This document shows positions 1 to 13,000 of a stretch of 64,000 nt of DNA, piece after piece. The notes beneath the pieces were generated by a model that worked only from the letters and a program-made list of their open reading frames with translations, was not told the DNA's origin and made no database searches. Both the position numbers and the translations under genes were made by a program. The DNA lies in assembly GCA_030141605.1 (NCBI GenBank), contig JAQGDQ010000330.1:1-64000 (forward strand), given 5' to 3'. Positions within the stretch are counted from its first letter, which is position 1. The number at the start of each line of letters is the position of its first letter. The stretch is from Tubiluchus corallicola (taxonomy: Eukaryota; Animalia; Priapulida).

Positions 1-624
1 GCTCATGCGTCAGCACAGCGGTAAATTTGAAATTTGAATTTTTATCTGAAAACTTGCCTAGTTTTAGTACAAAACACTGAATGTCTTACAGTTGCACTGT
101 ACTTCAATTTTAGCTTTCGCAAACATGTGCAACACCCTCGCGGAATATTTTTGCTGTTGAAAACGATGTTAGTTTGTGATGTCATCAATAGTTGGGCTCG
201 CCCGTCGTGAATTAAGTTTTTGATCTATTATTTAATTATCAGAAACGCTTTTGCAGTATTAATTGTGTTAAAATCTATGCTTTTCATAGGACTTGAAAAT
301 GGGGCAGTGTATGAAAAATCATCTTCTTTTAAGATGCTATAACAAAACAAAGTATTGTAAACAAATGCTATTGATAGTATATCACAAAAAAACTAGGCTT
401 ACAGCGAAATCTAGGCCTATTTATATTTTCGAATCAAAGGCCGCCTGTCTCAAGGCTGCTTTGACAGGCGGCCTTGATCTGTCAAATTGACGGAGGCCTA
501 TCAACATTGACCTAGCTTTGCACAGACAGGGCTGCCCGAAAAAACTCTTTCCTCGGTAGACTCTGATAGAAAGTATCTGGCTGTAACACAGTGTAAAAAA
601 ACTATTAAATAGCTAAATTAGACT

Positions 625-1075
625 TAATTAAAGCACAAGAAAACCCTCCACTAACATGAAACTTAAAAAATTCGTCTTGAAATTTTATACCACTTTCGTG
701 CTTCCTTCTTGCATACAGGGCTTGCTTCGGCAGTAACACTGTATAAAACATGTAAATCTAAGCTCCCGCGATGACCGCCAGACGCTGCCATTTTAACTAT
801 AAGTCATTTGAAACAAGTTTAGATAATACTAAGTGAAGTTTGGAAAAATAATCAGAGCATTCGTAGCACACACGTCACTAACTGAGTAAAATTTTAAATG
901 ACTGTATCCTGTCAATGAGATTAAAAATACGTTTTTTGGTTAGTGAGTGGTGCACCCTGGAGGGTGAGTCAGCGACATTTTACCAATTGATGAAAAATTT
1001 TTAAATAATTAATGATTTTCTTTTCTAGTTACACAAGTCTTTCAAGCAGGTAACGGAAATGCTAAGTAATATAAC
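625..1075. mobile_element. Dispersed ~450-bp repeat family (probable non-autonomous DNA transposon)
   Basis: Similar copies at ~22235-22700 and ~62095-62540 (same orientation) and ~54390-54815 and ~2880-3230 (inverted). Shared blocks include tcatttgaaacaagtttagataa and gtgagtggtgcaccctggagggtgagtcagcgac. Confidence 0.75.
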
Positions 1076-1208
1076 TTGGCTTTGAACGTTTTTTGAGACA
1101 TAGTTTAACATTTCCTTTTCTTCCTCTGATTTACGTTGCCCTGCGTATATGACGTCATGCAATGGTATTGATATATACATTTGCAGATATATCAGTAATT
1201 GCATCAAC

Positions 1209-1213
<5 letters not shown>

Positions 1214-1274
<61 letters not shown>

Positions 1275-1335
1275 ACTTACTCACTCACTCACTCACTCAC
1301 TCACTCTCTTTCCTCTCTCCCTCTCTTTCTCTCTC
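1214..1335. repeat. (CT)n/(CACT)n microsatellite
   Basis: Direct reading. Confidence 0.95.
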
Positions 1336-1659
1336 TTGTTATCTACTAAAAATAATTTTGTTCAATTAAGCGAATTAGCACACTCATTAAAGGCTAGTTC
1401 ACAAGAGCCTCTACAAGTTTTACAATTTTTTTACAAGATCTAGTTCAACGAATTTGACTACTGCGATCACAGTTCCAAATTGCACTGCTGTGTGATGAGA
1501 TGATTCATGACTGACAAGTGTTTTGTCTGAATCAGTCAACTCACGTCATGTTTCTCTTTGTCTTTATTTACATTTTGTCTTGATACAAGAGACGTTAAAA
1601 TAAGTTTGTGTATACAAAAATGACATTATGCTTATCACAAGTGAAACATATTTAACTAG

Positions 1660-1716
1660 ACTGGCTGGAAGTTACTTCCGATGTAGTTATCAATATTTGG
1701 CATGCGATAAAAACAG
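1660..1716 (+). CDS. Possible upstream exon of SGPL1 paralog A (speculative)
   Basis: AG/GT-bounded 57-nt segment (WLEVTSDVVINIWHAIKT) whose phase-1 end fits the 3277 exon. Weak pyrimidine tract and no diagnostic motif. Confidence 0.2.
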
Positions 1717-2084
1717 GTTAATTTATGCAGTTTTTTCAGCAGTTCTTTCTGCAGCCCAGAGCGAGAATTAAGTTATTGATTTTTCTAATCAAAAGTATTG
1801 TTGTTTGAAGACACTACGTAGAAGAACGCGCATCTTTGACGTTCATCGCAGCTGAGATTGTAAGCATTAAACATGGGACGTTTTATTTTAGTTCTTAATC
1901 TTGCATGATATTCTGAATGACCTAATCTGTGAAGTAGGATTTACCAGAAATGCTGTGTAATAAATTGAATAATTAGTGAAAATCTTCCGTGGAGATATGT
2001 AGACAGAAACAGAGAAAGGGGGGGAAAAAGAGGGAAGAAGGGCGAGTGAGAAAGGGAGAGAAAAAGTTTGAGGAACCGGGAAGG

Positions 2085-2097
2085 AGAGAGAGAAGGT

Positions 2098-2163
<66 letters not shown>

Positions 2164-2298
2164 CACAGACAGACAAACAGACAGATAGACAGAGAGAGAG
2201 AGAGAGAACGGAGAGAAAGTGAGAAAGAGAGAGGAGAGAGAGAGAGAGAGAGAGAGAGATAGCTAGAAAGAACGGAGAGAAAGTGAGAAAGAGAGAGA

Positions 2299-2377
<79 letters not shown>

Positions 2378-2527
2378 AGAGAATAGAGGAAGAGTAGGGA
2401 GAGAAGAAAGAGTGAGTGGGTGAGTGAGTGAAGTGAGTGAAAGTGAGTGAGTGAGTGAAGAGTGAGTGAGTGAGTGAGTGAGTGAGTGAGTGAGTGAGAC
2501 TGACTGACTGAGTGAGAGTGAGTGAGT

Positions 2528-2620
<93 letters not shown>
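2085..2620. repeat. (AG)n/(AGTG)n compound microsatellite
   Basis: Direct reading. Confidence 0.95.
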
Positions 2621-2625
<5 letters not shown>

Positions 2626-3276
2626 GTTAAGGAAGTTTTTTATAATAAAATTACTGATATATTTGCAAACAATTTGAAGTAAGCATCTGCATACACAGGT
2701 AAGTGTTTGTTTAATCTACCTTTTGTCGGTCACCAGTACATTTACTGAGAAGGCACACTGTTGCTCACACTACACTTAGATGCTCCTAGATTACCATTAT
2801 CAATTGCTCCAAATGCAGCTCAGATTATTTGTCAAATTACACACCACTGGTATTATTAAACTTCATTTCCCTTCTAACGTCTTTCTGTAGCATCACCGTC
2901 CCAGTGTGCACCACTGGCTCACCAAGACACGTATTGTTAATTTTATTGACGATATAAACTAGCTTGTACTTTTATCTTAATTATTGAAGTACGTTCTATG
3001 AGTGCTCCGACTATTTTTTCAAATTTTACACAATATTATCTAGAATTATTTCAAATAACGTGTCTAAGGAGTCGTGTCTAAGGACTCATCACAGGAGTTG
3101 AAATTTAGAAGTTTCATGCAGCGTTACTGTCGACGCAAGCTCTGTGTGTAAAAGAAAGCATGCAGGTGATACAAAATTTCAATATGATTTTTTAGCTTTA
3201 TGCAAGTAAAAGAGTTCTCTTGCTTTAACTCTTTGTACCTATAGATCATAGTCACATGTTTTTCGTGTTTTTGTAG

Positions 3277-5487
3277 GTCTAGCCATGCGTGCCAAAAACT
3301 TTGCGTTTACAACAGTGAAAAAGATTCCCCGTGTTAGAAGAAAAATTGAAAAAGAGATGAACTCTCTTCTGAGTCGATTAGAAAAGGGTTTGATCATCAA
3401 AGCAAATAGAGGGTTCCCATTTTACCAAGTCTTACCAGCTAACGGTCTCACACAGGTGAAAATTACTTCACTTTTTACTTACAATACTATAAAAACTACA
3501 AAGTCATAACACCATCCAGCTCATTGGCACCAGCAAAGTTTACGACGTGCGATAATTGCACTGCTTAGCACTAACGTTGTTGTTTTTAGCGATTAAAAAA
3601 TTCTAAAATTTATTACGTAATGAATTAGATAATTAAATATTGATTTAACACTTTTTTCAGGAAGAAATTTTTGATGAGATAGATGAATATAAGAGGTTGG
3701 AAGTAATTGAACTGTTGAAAGGTCGTGTATCGGGTACGTCTTACGGTGGTCTTGAAGGAGGTCACAAACTAGCTGCCAAGGTCAGTGTTATTGGTAGGGT
3801 AAAGGTCAAGGTCACGCGTCAAGGCCAAGGTCAGAACATCAATGATTTTATTAGCACACGTAATTCTAATATTTGTGATTAATGAAGAAACAAAAACAAT
3901 TAAGCTACATTAATGAATTACTCAACGACTCGGTATTACTTGTTTGGGCTTGGTTTTTCTTTTTGATTAGCTAGATATGGAAATTTTATTTCTAAGGGAA
4001 GGAAAAGGTGATTTTAAACTATATCACAGGTGTACGATACAAAGTTATATCGAAAGTAATGATTTAGACGTAATTAAGCCATTTATGGAGTAATGTTATA
4101 CTAAAACTAGGCAAGTTTTAAGATCAAGATTCAAATTTCAAATTTTCATTTGTGTACTAAAGCATGAGCTGTGGAACGTGTGTAGTTCGTCACAAACTAA
4201 CGCATCTAAGCTGAGACGTACAGCACTGTGTTTTTGTGCAACGTGTTTCCGAAATGCATACGCTAATGCCCGTCTAACTAGCGAATGGTGAAATACATGA
4301 ACAGCAAATAACTAGTGGCACGAACGTCAAACTGTGTTTGTGTGGTAATAATTCTTTCACGTAAGTCATTTTTTAAAAAAAATAGTGTTTCTTTTCAATA
4401 TTTTAAAGAGTAGATTATTTTGATCTGCAGTTTAAGATTGGATCCTGTTTTGCTTTAATGTTTTTGAAGAGATTCATTGTATATTGCAGGTCTATGCACA
4501 ATTCGTTGACGCGAATCCACTTCGTCCAGACATACGTAAAATGGAGGTGGATATAGTACGGATGACGTGTAGCATGTTCCATGGAGGCCCTGGATCATGT
4601 GGAACCGTGAGTACAAGAGGAATTCTCGTCCGAGTTATTCCAGTGTATCAGATGCATTGAGTTAATTTCTCAATATGTGGAATATGTAGATAAGTCATTA
4701 CTTCTACATAATGATACTTCTAAACAAATGGAATATGTACATAAATGTTTGCTATTATTTCGCTGAGTGCCTATGTATAGCTAGATATAAGAAAACTATT
4801 TTGCATTACTGTTGTGTGTAACACTGCTGAATATAGCCTACTTGCAATTTCATAACAATCAAAGACTACAAAACAGAGACTATTATAAAGACTTTAGTAA
4901 GATCCGGCCGCTGTATCGAACTCACGACCTACCAGACGCAAAGCGGACGCGTTATCACTAGACTAAACCGTCTGATCGTATACAATGTAACGAACATGCC
5001 TTGTTATAGACTAACTTCTTACACCTACCCAGTAATTTGTAATGTAACTATAATTATGTTTGCCAGTAAAATTAGATACATACATATATTGCAAGTTGTG
5101 CGTGATAGATGCACCGAGTTTAATCGATTGTTTGTTTGTGTGTCTGTTCGTTGACTTGTTTCACTGCTGTGTTTCAGGTGACCTCTGGTGGTACGGAAAG
5201 TTTGCTGCTCTGCTGCTTGGCTTACAGGAATCTTGCTTTGCAGAACGGAATAAAGAAGCCAGAAATGTGAGTGATTTTTTGCATATTAACAGGAGCAAAA
5301 TGGGTCCTACAGAACAGAAACCCTGGGAGGCTGTGAGTTCGATACTGTCGGCAAAATGCTGGCGAGCTCATGTTAATTGTTCATTCAAAAGCCGACTTTA
5401 AATAAAAATTATTATTATTATTATTATTATTGTTGTTGTTGCTGTTGTTGTTGTTGTTGTTGTTGTTGCTGTTGTTGTTGTTGTTGT

Positions 5488-5558
<71 letters not shown>

Positions 5559-6731
5559 TTACGACTATGTTACGAAAAAAAAAATGTTACGTAGCATTAG
5601 AAGTCAAGATCACAACACAACGGACCTGAATATGAAAAGTCAAAGGTTAAAGGTCGAGGTCACAACAATCTCGTAAGAAGCTAAAGCAATTTACGTAACA
5701 TGAACATGAAAACTGCAGTGAACCTATCGTCAAGGTTATTCTTCAGAATGTGATTTAAAAGATTTATATGATTGAGTTTATTAAAACCTTTCAGTTCTAT
5801 GCTGTAACGTAATGCCTACCACAAACTACTAGTAGGATTACTTATTATCCCAGTTATAGTCAACTAACGCAAATAATTAAAAAACATATTTTTTATGTTT
5901 TTATATCGTTTTTATGCTGAAATAAAGTAATTTAATCTAATCTAATCTAATCCAATCCAATCCAATCTAGTCTAGTCTAGTCTAGTCTAGTCTAGTCTAG
6001 TCTAGTCTAGTCTAGTCTAGTCTAGTCTAGTCTAGTCTAGTCTAGTCTAGTCTAGTCTAGTCTAGTCTAGTCTAGTCTAGTCTAGTCTAGTCTAGTCTAG
6101 TCTAATCTAATCTAATCTAATCTAATCTAATCTAATCTAATCTAATCTAATCTAATCTAATCTAATCTAATCTAATCTAATCTAATCTAATCTAATCTAA
6201 TCTAATCTAATCTAATCTAATCTAATCTAATCTAATCTAATCTAATCTAATCTAATCTAATCTAATCTAATCTAATCTAATCTAATATAGTATGTTGCCC
6301 GTTTAAACCTTGCTTATCATCGATAACAGTCACTTCAGAAGTTCACGGTCAGATTGGTTAAGGTCAAGGTCATGAAAAAATGACAGAAACTATTGTTAAG
6401 CTGAACTTGCTATTGCTATTTTAGCTTCAAATTTTTTTTTCAAGATTAATACTACTCTACACGCTAGTTTTTGCTATATTGAAAATTTCGCATATATTCA
6501 GCTGGTTTTGTTTCAGAATTGCCCCAACTACGGCTCACACGGGTTTTGATAAGGTAACGTTTCTTACACTGTTCACGTTCCTAGAAAAACTAGTTCATGG
6601 AAGCTGGTGAAGAACTTTTCATACACGTTTTAATATAATTACAATAATTGGCAATTGGCAAGCTGATTGTGCTTAAATCTAGTTACCAATTTGCTTCTTA
6701 TTCCCCTTCTCTCTCTCGCTATATCGCTCTT

Positions 6732-6769
<38 letters not shown>

Positions 6770-6975
6770 CATCTCTCTCTGTTTTCTTTCTCTCTCCCTC
6801 CCCTCTTTATCACCCTTTCTGCATTTGTCATTCTGTCTATCTGTCTACGTACCCATCCATCCATCCATCCATCCATCCATCCATCCATCCATCCATCCAT
6901 CCATCCATCCATCCATCCATCCATCCATCCTTACATTTATCCTTCTTTCTTTCCTTCGCTCTCCACCTCTCTCTT

Positions 6976-7043
<68 letters not shown>

Positions 7044-10000
7044 TCTCTCTCTGGGTCTTTGATTCTTTCTCTCATTTACCTAATGGCTTTTTACCAACAG
7101 AACTTTACCATTTTAATGCGGTTTATTTTAATTCTCTAATACTAATACTACAAATCAAATACTAAATGAGTAAAGAACGCAACTTGATCACCTATTTCTT
7201 TAATATTTGAATTATGTTTTAGGCCGCACATCTGTTTGGAATGAAATTGACACACATTCCGATTAACCCCGCTTCATGCAAAGTTGACGTTAAGAAGATG
7301 AAACAATCTATAAATTCGAACACTTGTATGGTAAGTCACATTTGCGTATAAGTAACAATTATATGGTAAATCACAATTGTATGGTTAATCATACTTGTAT
7401 AGTAATTTACATTTGTATGGTAAATCACACTTGTATGGTAAGTCACATTTGCGTGTAAGTAACAATTATATGGTAAATCACAATTGTATGGTAAATCACA
7501 ATTGTATGGTAAATCATACTTGTATGGTAATTTACATTTGTATGGTAAATCACACTTGTATGGTAAATCACAATTGTATGGTAAATCATACTTGCATGGC
7601 AATTTACATTTGTATGGTAAATCACACTTGTATGGTTAGTCACACTTATATGGTAAATCACACTTATATGGTAAAAATACATTTGCGTATAAGTAGCAAT
7701 TATATGGTAAATCACACTTGTATGGTAATTTACATTTGTATGGCAAATCACACTTGTATTGTTAATCACACATATGGTAAATCACACTTGTACGGTAAGT
7801 CACATTAGTGTGTTAATCACACTTGTATGGTAAGTCTAATTTGTGTGTAAATCACAATTGAATGGTAAGTGACTTTTGTGTGTCAAATCCCAAACTTTGA
7901 TGGCGAATCACACTTGCATGACAAGTCACACACTTGTACAATAAGTCGCTCTTGTCTTGTGTAGCACTTTAAGCACTTGCGTAGTAAGTCGCATAGATAT
8001 AATTATAGTACGTTCCATTGCATTTGTGGGGTGTGGGTGGGGTGGGGAGGGGGCTTCCGCTTGGCACGGTAATTCACACTTGTATGGTGAATCTCACACT
8101 GGTGCAGTAAGTCATATTTGTACGGTAAGTCACACTTGTATGGTAAATCACAATAATGAGGTATAAAATATCCTCATATAAAGTTGCAGATGCGGTCATC
8201 AAAACATGTATGCCGCATTCGCAATGTAGGAAATCTAGGCGCCATTTTGGAATAATCATTCGCTGCTTATTTTCAGTTAGTTGGCTCGGCTCCACCTTTT
8301 GCACACGGAATTTTAGATCCCATAGAAGAAATTGGACAGGTAAGATGCTTATGTCCAATTACCCACCTGTATGTGTGTAACTCAACGACCCTCGTACAGG
8401 TGGTTAGCTTGCATTGTGTCCATGTTACCGTTGCCATCTGCTAGAATTTGCAGTAGTCCATAAAAATAGCATAGCTTTATTAACTTGCATCAAAATCAGT
8501 TTTCAAACCAGAATGATTCTGTTTTGTGTATTTCTTTGAAACTGAGAACGCACTATTTCACAGCTTGTAATAAAATGTTTAAAGGAAAGGTCAAGCATTC
8601 TTTAAAGTTAGGGCTATTTCAATTTTCCCGAAAAATGTTAGAAGGATTTAGCAATAAAACTGCAATAAGCGTCTCGTGTAGTTAGTAAAATCACTTTAAA
8701 GTCGCGATCACTCCGTGCTTGGATCTCCCATTGTCGAATGCCCATTCTCCTAATTACGTCATTCGTCTTCAAGAAAAGTAGCGCACTGTCAATTTTCATC
8801 AAAAGTATAATAAGTTTTTACGAAAAAACTAGATAACTAATTTTGTAATATTTTTACGTGGACATTAGGTAAGGCGCAGAAGTTGTGTTAAGACGTATAC
8901 TTTCACCCCAACTTCAAAATACGCTAGGATATGAAAAATCGTCCTGTTTTCCTTTAAATCTGCTATCTATTTGACCTTTTAGCCTACATTTGGTAAGGAT
9001 AGAGCTCTTGTAGTCTACCATCCACGCTAACTGAAGTTACCGTGTTTATTTTTCTTTATTTTAAGTTGGGACTGAAATATGGCATTCCGGTTCACGTGGA
9101 TGCATGTTTGGGTGGATTTGTTGTGGCTTTTATGGAGAAAGCTGGCTATTATGTTCCACCGTTTGATTTCCGTGTGCCTGGAGTTACCAGTATATCAGCG
9201 GATACTCACAAGGTGACTCTCACATTGTTGTTTAACTTTGTTTTAATTAATCACGTTTTCGTTGCTTACCTGAAGCAATAATCCGGAATGAGAAGCATTT
9301 AGTTACTCAGTTTTTTGTACCCAACTGACTGAGTATTATGTCGTTTACAACATCACATAGCGTTACCATAGAACCTGTTACCTGAATATATTATTTAAAA
9401 CGGCATTGTCATGAATCCGTTTTGTTACAAAAATTTAGAATGAGGAGTTATGAAATAAATAATAATAATAGCAATAGAGAATTACTTAAAACGAAATTAG
9501 ACAGAATAGATATAATATAGAAATCGAGATGAATCTACTCTTAAGTTGTACATCAATATCATACGAGAATTAGTTCATACTGGCAAGATGCACAATTGAG
9601 CAAACCAATTGCTGTACACTTGAAAATAATTAAGTCTAGTGGAAAATTAATGATAACAATTGTGGTTGTTTGTTTATACTTATAGAAAGTACAAATTTAA
9701 TCCTAGCATCGTACATTGTTCACTACTAATTTGGTTTTAGATTTTAAATAAAATCATAATATTCATTTTACAGACTTTCTGTTTTAGATGCTGCAATGCA
9801 CAGGATAAATTAGATAATATTTATTGAAAGGCCCATATGACTTTTACCCTATTGTATATGTAATTGACTGTGATAACTGTATCTATATTTCATTATTGTG
9901 CATAAAGTGTAGGCAATTTATGTGTAAAGAATATATTGTACTTCTGTAAATAGAGAATAAATTAGATTTATGATTATTTACTACAACTATTGTGACGTCA

Positions 10001-13000
10001 CAGTATAAAAACTGTTTAAAAACTCGTTACATGAACAACAAAAAGAATGAAAATAAAACGAGACGAATGAACTTCTTATTTGTTTGAAAGTTGAAAACAT
10101 TAAATGTTTGTACGTTTTAGCAGCCAAACACACTAAATGAATGAATTTTCCCAAGCTGTAAAGCTTTTCGTAACTTTTACAATCACACTGTTGACACATT
10201 TCATATCATCTAGTTGTTCTTAACATCTAGTTTGTTTCGTCATTTCGAGTTTATGATAGGTGTGTTTTATTTCAGTATGGCTACGCACCTAAAGGATCAT
10301 CAGTCATATGTTACAGTGAAATGAAATATCACCTGGGACAGTCTTTCTGCGCACCTGATTGGCCGGGAGGCATCTATCAATCTTTTACTCTTGCAGGTTT
10401 CTCCTTTTTTCTTCTCTCCTTTTTCGTTCTTATCTATACTAACTTTTAGTGTCTTGTGTCTTGTATTGTATTGTATTGTATTGTGTTGTGTTGTGTTGTG
10501 TTGTGTTGTGTTGTGTTGCGTTGCGTTGCGTTGCGTTGCGTTGCGTTGCGTGGCGTGGCGTGGCGTGGCGTGGCGTGGCGTGGCGTGGCGTGGTGTGGTA
10601 TCGTATCGTTTCCGTATCGTATCGAATCGTATCGTATCGTATCGTATCGTATCGTATCGCATTGCATTGCATTGCATTGTACTGTATTGTATTACATTCT
10701 ATTGTATAGTATTTCATTGTATTGTATTGTACTTTATTGTATTGTATTGCATTGCATTGTATTGATGGTTGGTTTTTGCTACCCTGTCTTTACAAGTTAA
10801 GACATGATGGAGCAAGAACAAGAATTTATTGTAATTTGACTCCTCTGTTCTGTTCTTTTCTTCTGGTTGTTAACACTTTGTTGCACATGTAAACACATAC
10901 AGCTTTGTTAAAGGTTTAATGCAGATTTACGACTTAATTACCAGTAATTATAGTTGCCCATTCCATAGGTTAACACCAACAAAAATAGAGTTTGAACCAT
11001 CAGTAGTTTCTTTGCTATTTTTTTCTAGAGCAGTAACAATGGACTAACTAAAATACAGATAAATTGATGAGTTGCACTAGGACAGTTACTATTTACTATA
11101 AGCTGATTGCTTTATAAATTTTAACTGGCAACTTTACTGCATGCCGTTGCACTACCGTCGAGATGCTGTTTGAATGCATCAACCTGCAGTATGGGAAATA
11201 CTGTTTACTCTGCTTATTTCTAGGTAGAGGTTCTGGTGGAATTATTGCTTGTTGCTGGGCGGCGATGGTGTTCACTGGAGAGGATGGTTATGTAAACTGG
11301 ACCAAAAGAATTGTTGATACAGCGAGATACATAGAAGCCGGGTAACGTGTTTTTGTTTACTCGAGGATATCATGAAAATATTCCTGACAGCTACAGACTG
11401 TACCAAAAAACTTATAAAGTCCAAATAAAATTAAAATAAATTCAAAACAAAAAATCGTTTTGATTGTATTCTGTTTCTGATAAACTAGAGTCTGCTACTG
11501 CATTATCCATTTTTCATGTCTCTAGTGTGACAGTAGGGGTCAGACTAGAGTCTTCAGTAGCACTAATTCATTTATCATGTCTCTAGTTTGACAGTAGGGT
11601 TTAGACTAGTGTCTTCAGTAGCACCAATTCATTTATCATGTCTCTAGCTTGACAGTAGGATTTAGACTAGTGTCTTCAGTAGCACCAATTCATTTATCAT
11701 GTCTCTAGCTTGACAGTAGGATTTAGACTAGTGTCTTCAGTAGCACCAATTCATTTATCATGTCTCTAGTTTGACAGTATGGTTTGGCTAAGAGTCTTGT
11801 GCTAAATAGTACTAATTCATTTTTTATTATTCCTACTTGTAGAGAGCGTTTAGACTAACATACCCAGCAACTCTAACTTGTTTTCATTCATGTTTCAGTT
11901 TAAGGACTATAGATGGTTTAATGATTTACGGCAAGCCGGAGGTAGTCATAGTTGCAGTAGAATCAAATGTTTTCAATATCTATCGACTCAGTGACGCTCT
12001 GACAGAAAGAGGGTGGAATTTAAATCATATACAGTACCCACCAGGGTGAGTGGTTTTTTTTACTTAACATATGGTCGGTTTAGCCTAAAGCGGGTGACTT
12101 TTTTATGTTTTAATGAAACACAAGTTATGCTTTCGCCTTCTATCGATAACTAAGAGTTATGTACAGTATCCTTCGGTGGTTATTAACCAAACAATATGAG
12201 TAAAAATAGGACAATTTTTCAGATCATCAATTATTTTGGCATACCATCAAAAATGTAAATTTATGCATAGTTAAATATAACGTCAGTATTGGGTAAAGTT
12301 TTCCAAGTAAAGAAACGCTACATTGTGCAAATTTACAAAATCAAAAATTGAAAATTGTAACACTTGTATTGCAGCACGATTTTGGCATTCACTATTGAGC
12401 CAATGGATGACTACTAACATCTTTTTGTTCTTGTGGCCCTAATCTTAAGCTCAACACGTTTTCCCAAAAGCATCTAGTGTTTCCAACCTAAATGGCTGAG
12501 AGTTTACAGTAGGGCTTTTCAGTAAGTCCTCGCTTAACGACTCTGTGCTTGTTTCGTTTTAGTGACCTTTTTTCGCTTAACACAGCATGTTTAATTTTAA
12601 CGACGTTTTTTTGTCTTACTTTAAACGCTAAAATCTTATTACTGCAGTTGTACTCTATTAAGAAGCCCGCCTCTTAACCCAGGTCACCGTAGCACACCAA
12701 AACCGACAATGGACAATCAGCTGCAGCTTTGGGGAGCCCATGATGATTCATTGCTTTCCCAAGTTTAGACAAATTTCTTTTTGATAAAACGCAATAGTTT
12801 CAGCTGATAAAACTGCAAGCCTCGCTACAAGCTACTGAACGTTATCACGTAGCAAAGCACTTTTGATTTTTGGTCCAGTAATGCATCTGTTTTGCATTGT
12901 TTCTTGTGCAAAACAATGTTTCGCTTAGCGACATTTTGCTTAACAACGCATTTTACTGGACTCGATTAGCGTCATTAAGCTAGATTTACTGTGATTCATC

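Noticed and set aside
4900-4969. Functional tRNA gene
   Set aside because: Box A/B-like motifs are present, but the acceptor stem and cloverleaf do not form well; a SINE head fits better.
1149-7139. ORFs rich in SL, ER, poly-C/Y or HPSI repeats
   Set aside because: Translations of microsatellites; the same applies to 10300-10800, 48900-48960, 50176-50556 and 61598-61895.
7336-7808. Cys/His-rich repeat protein (MVNHTC)n
   Set aside because: Open frames on both strands arise from an 18-bp intronic minisatellite.
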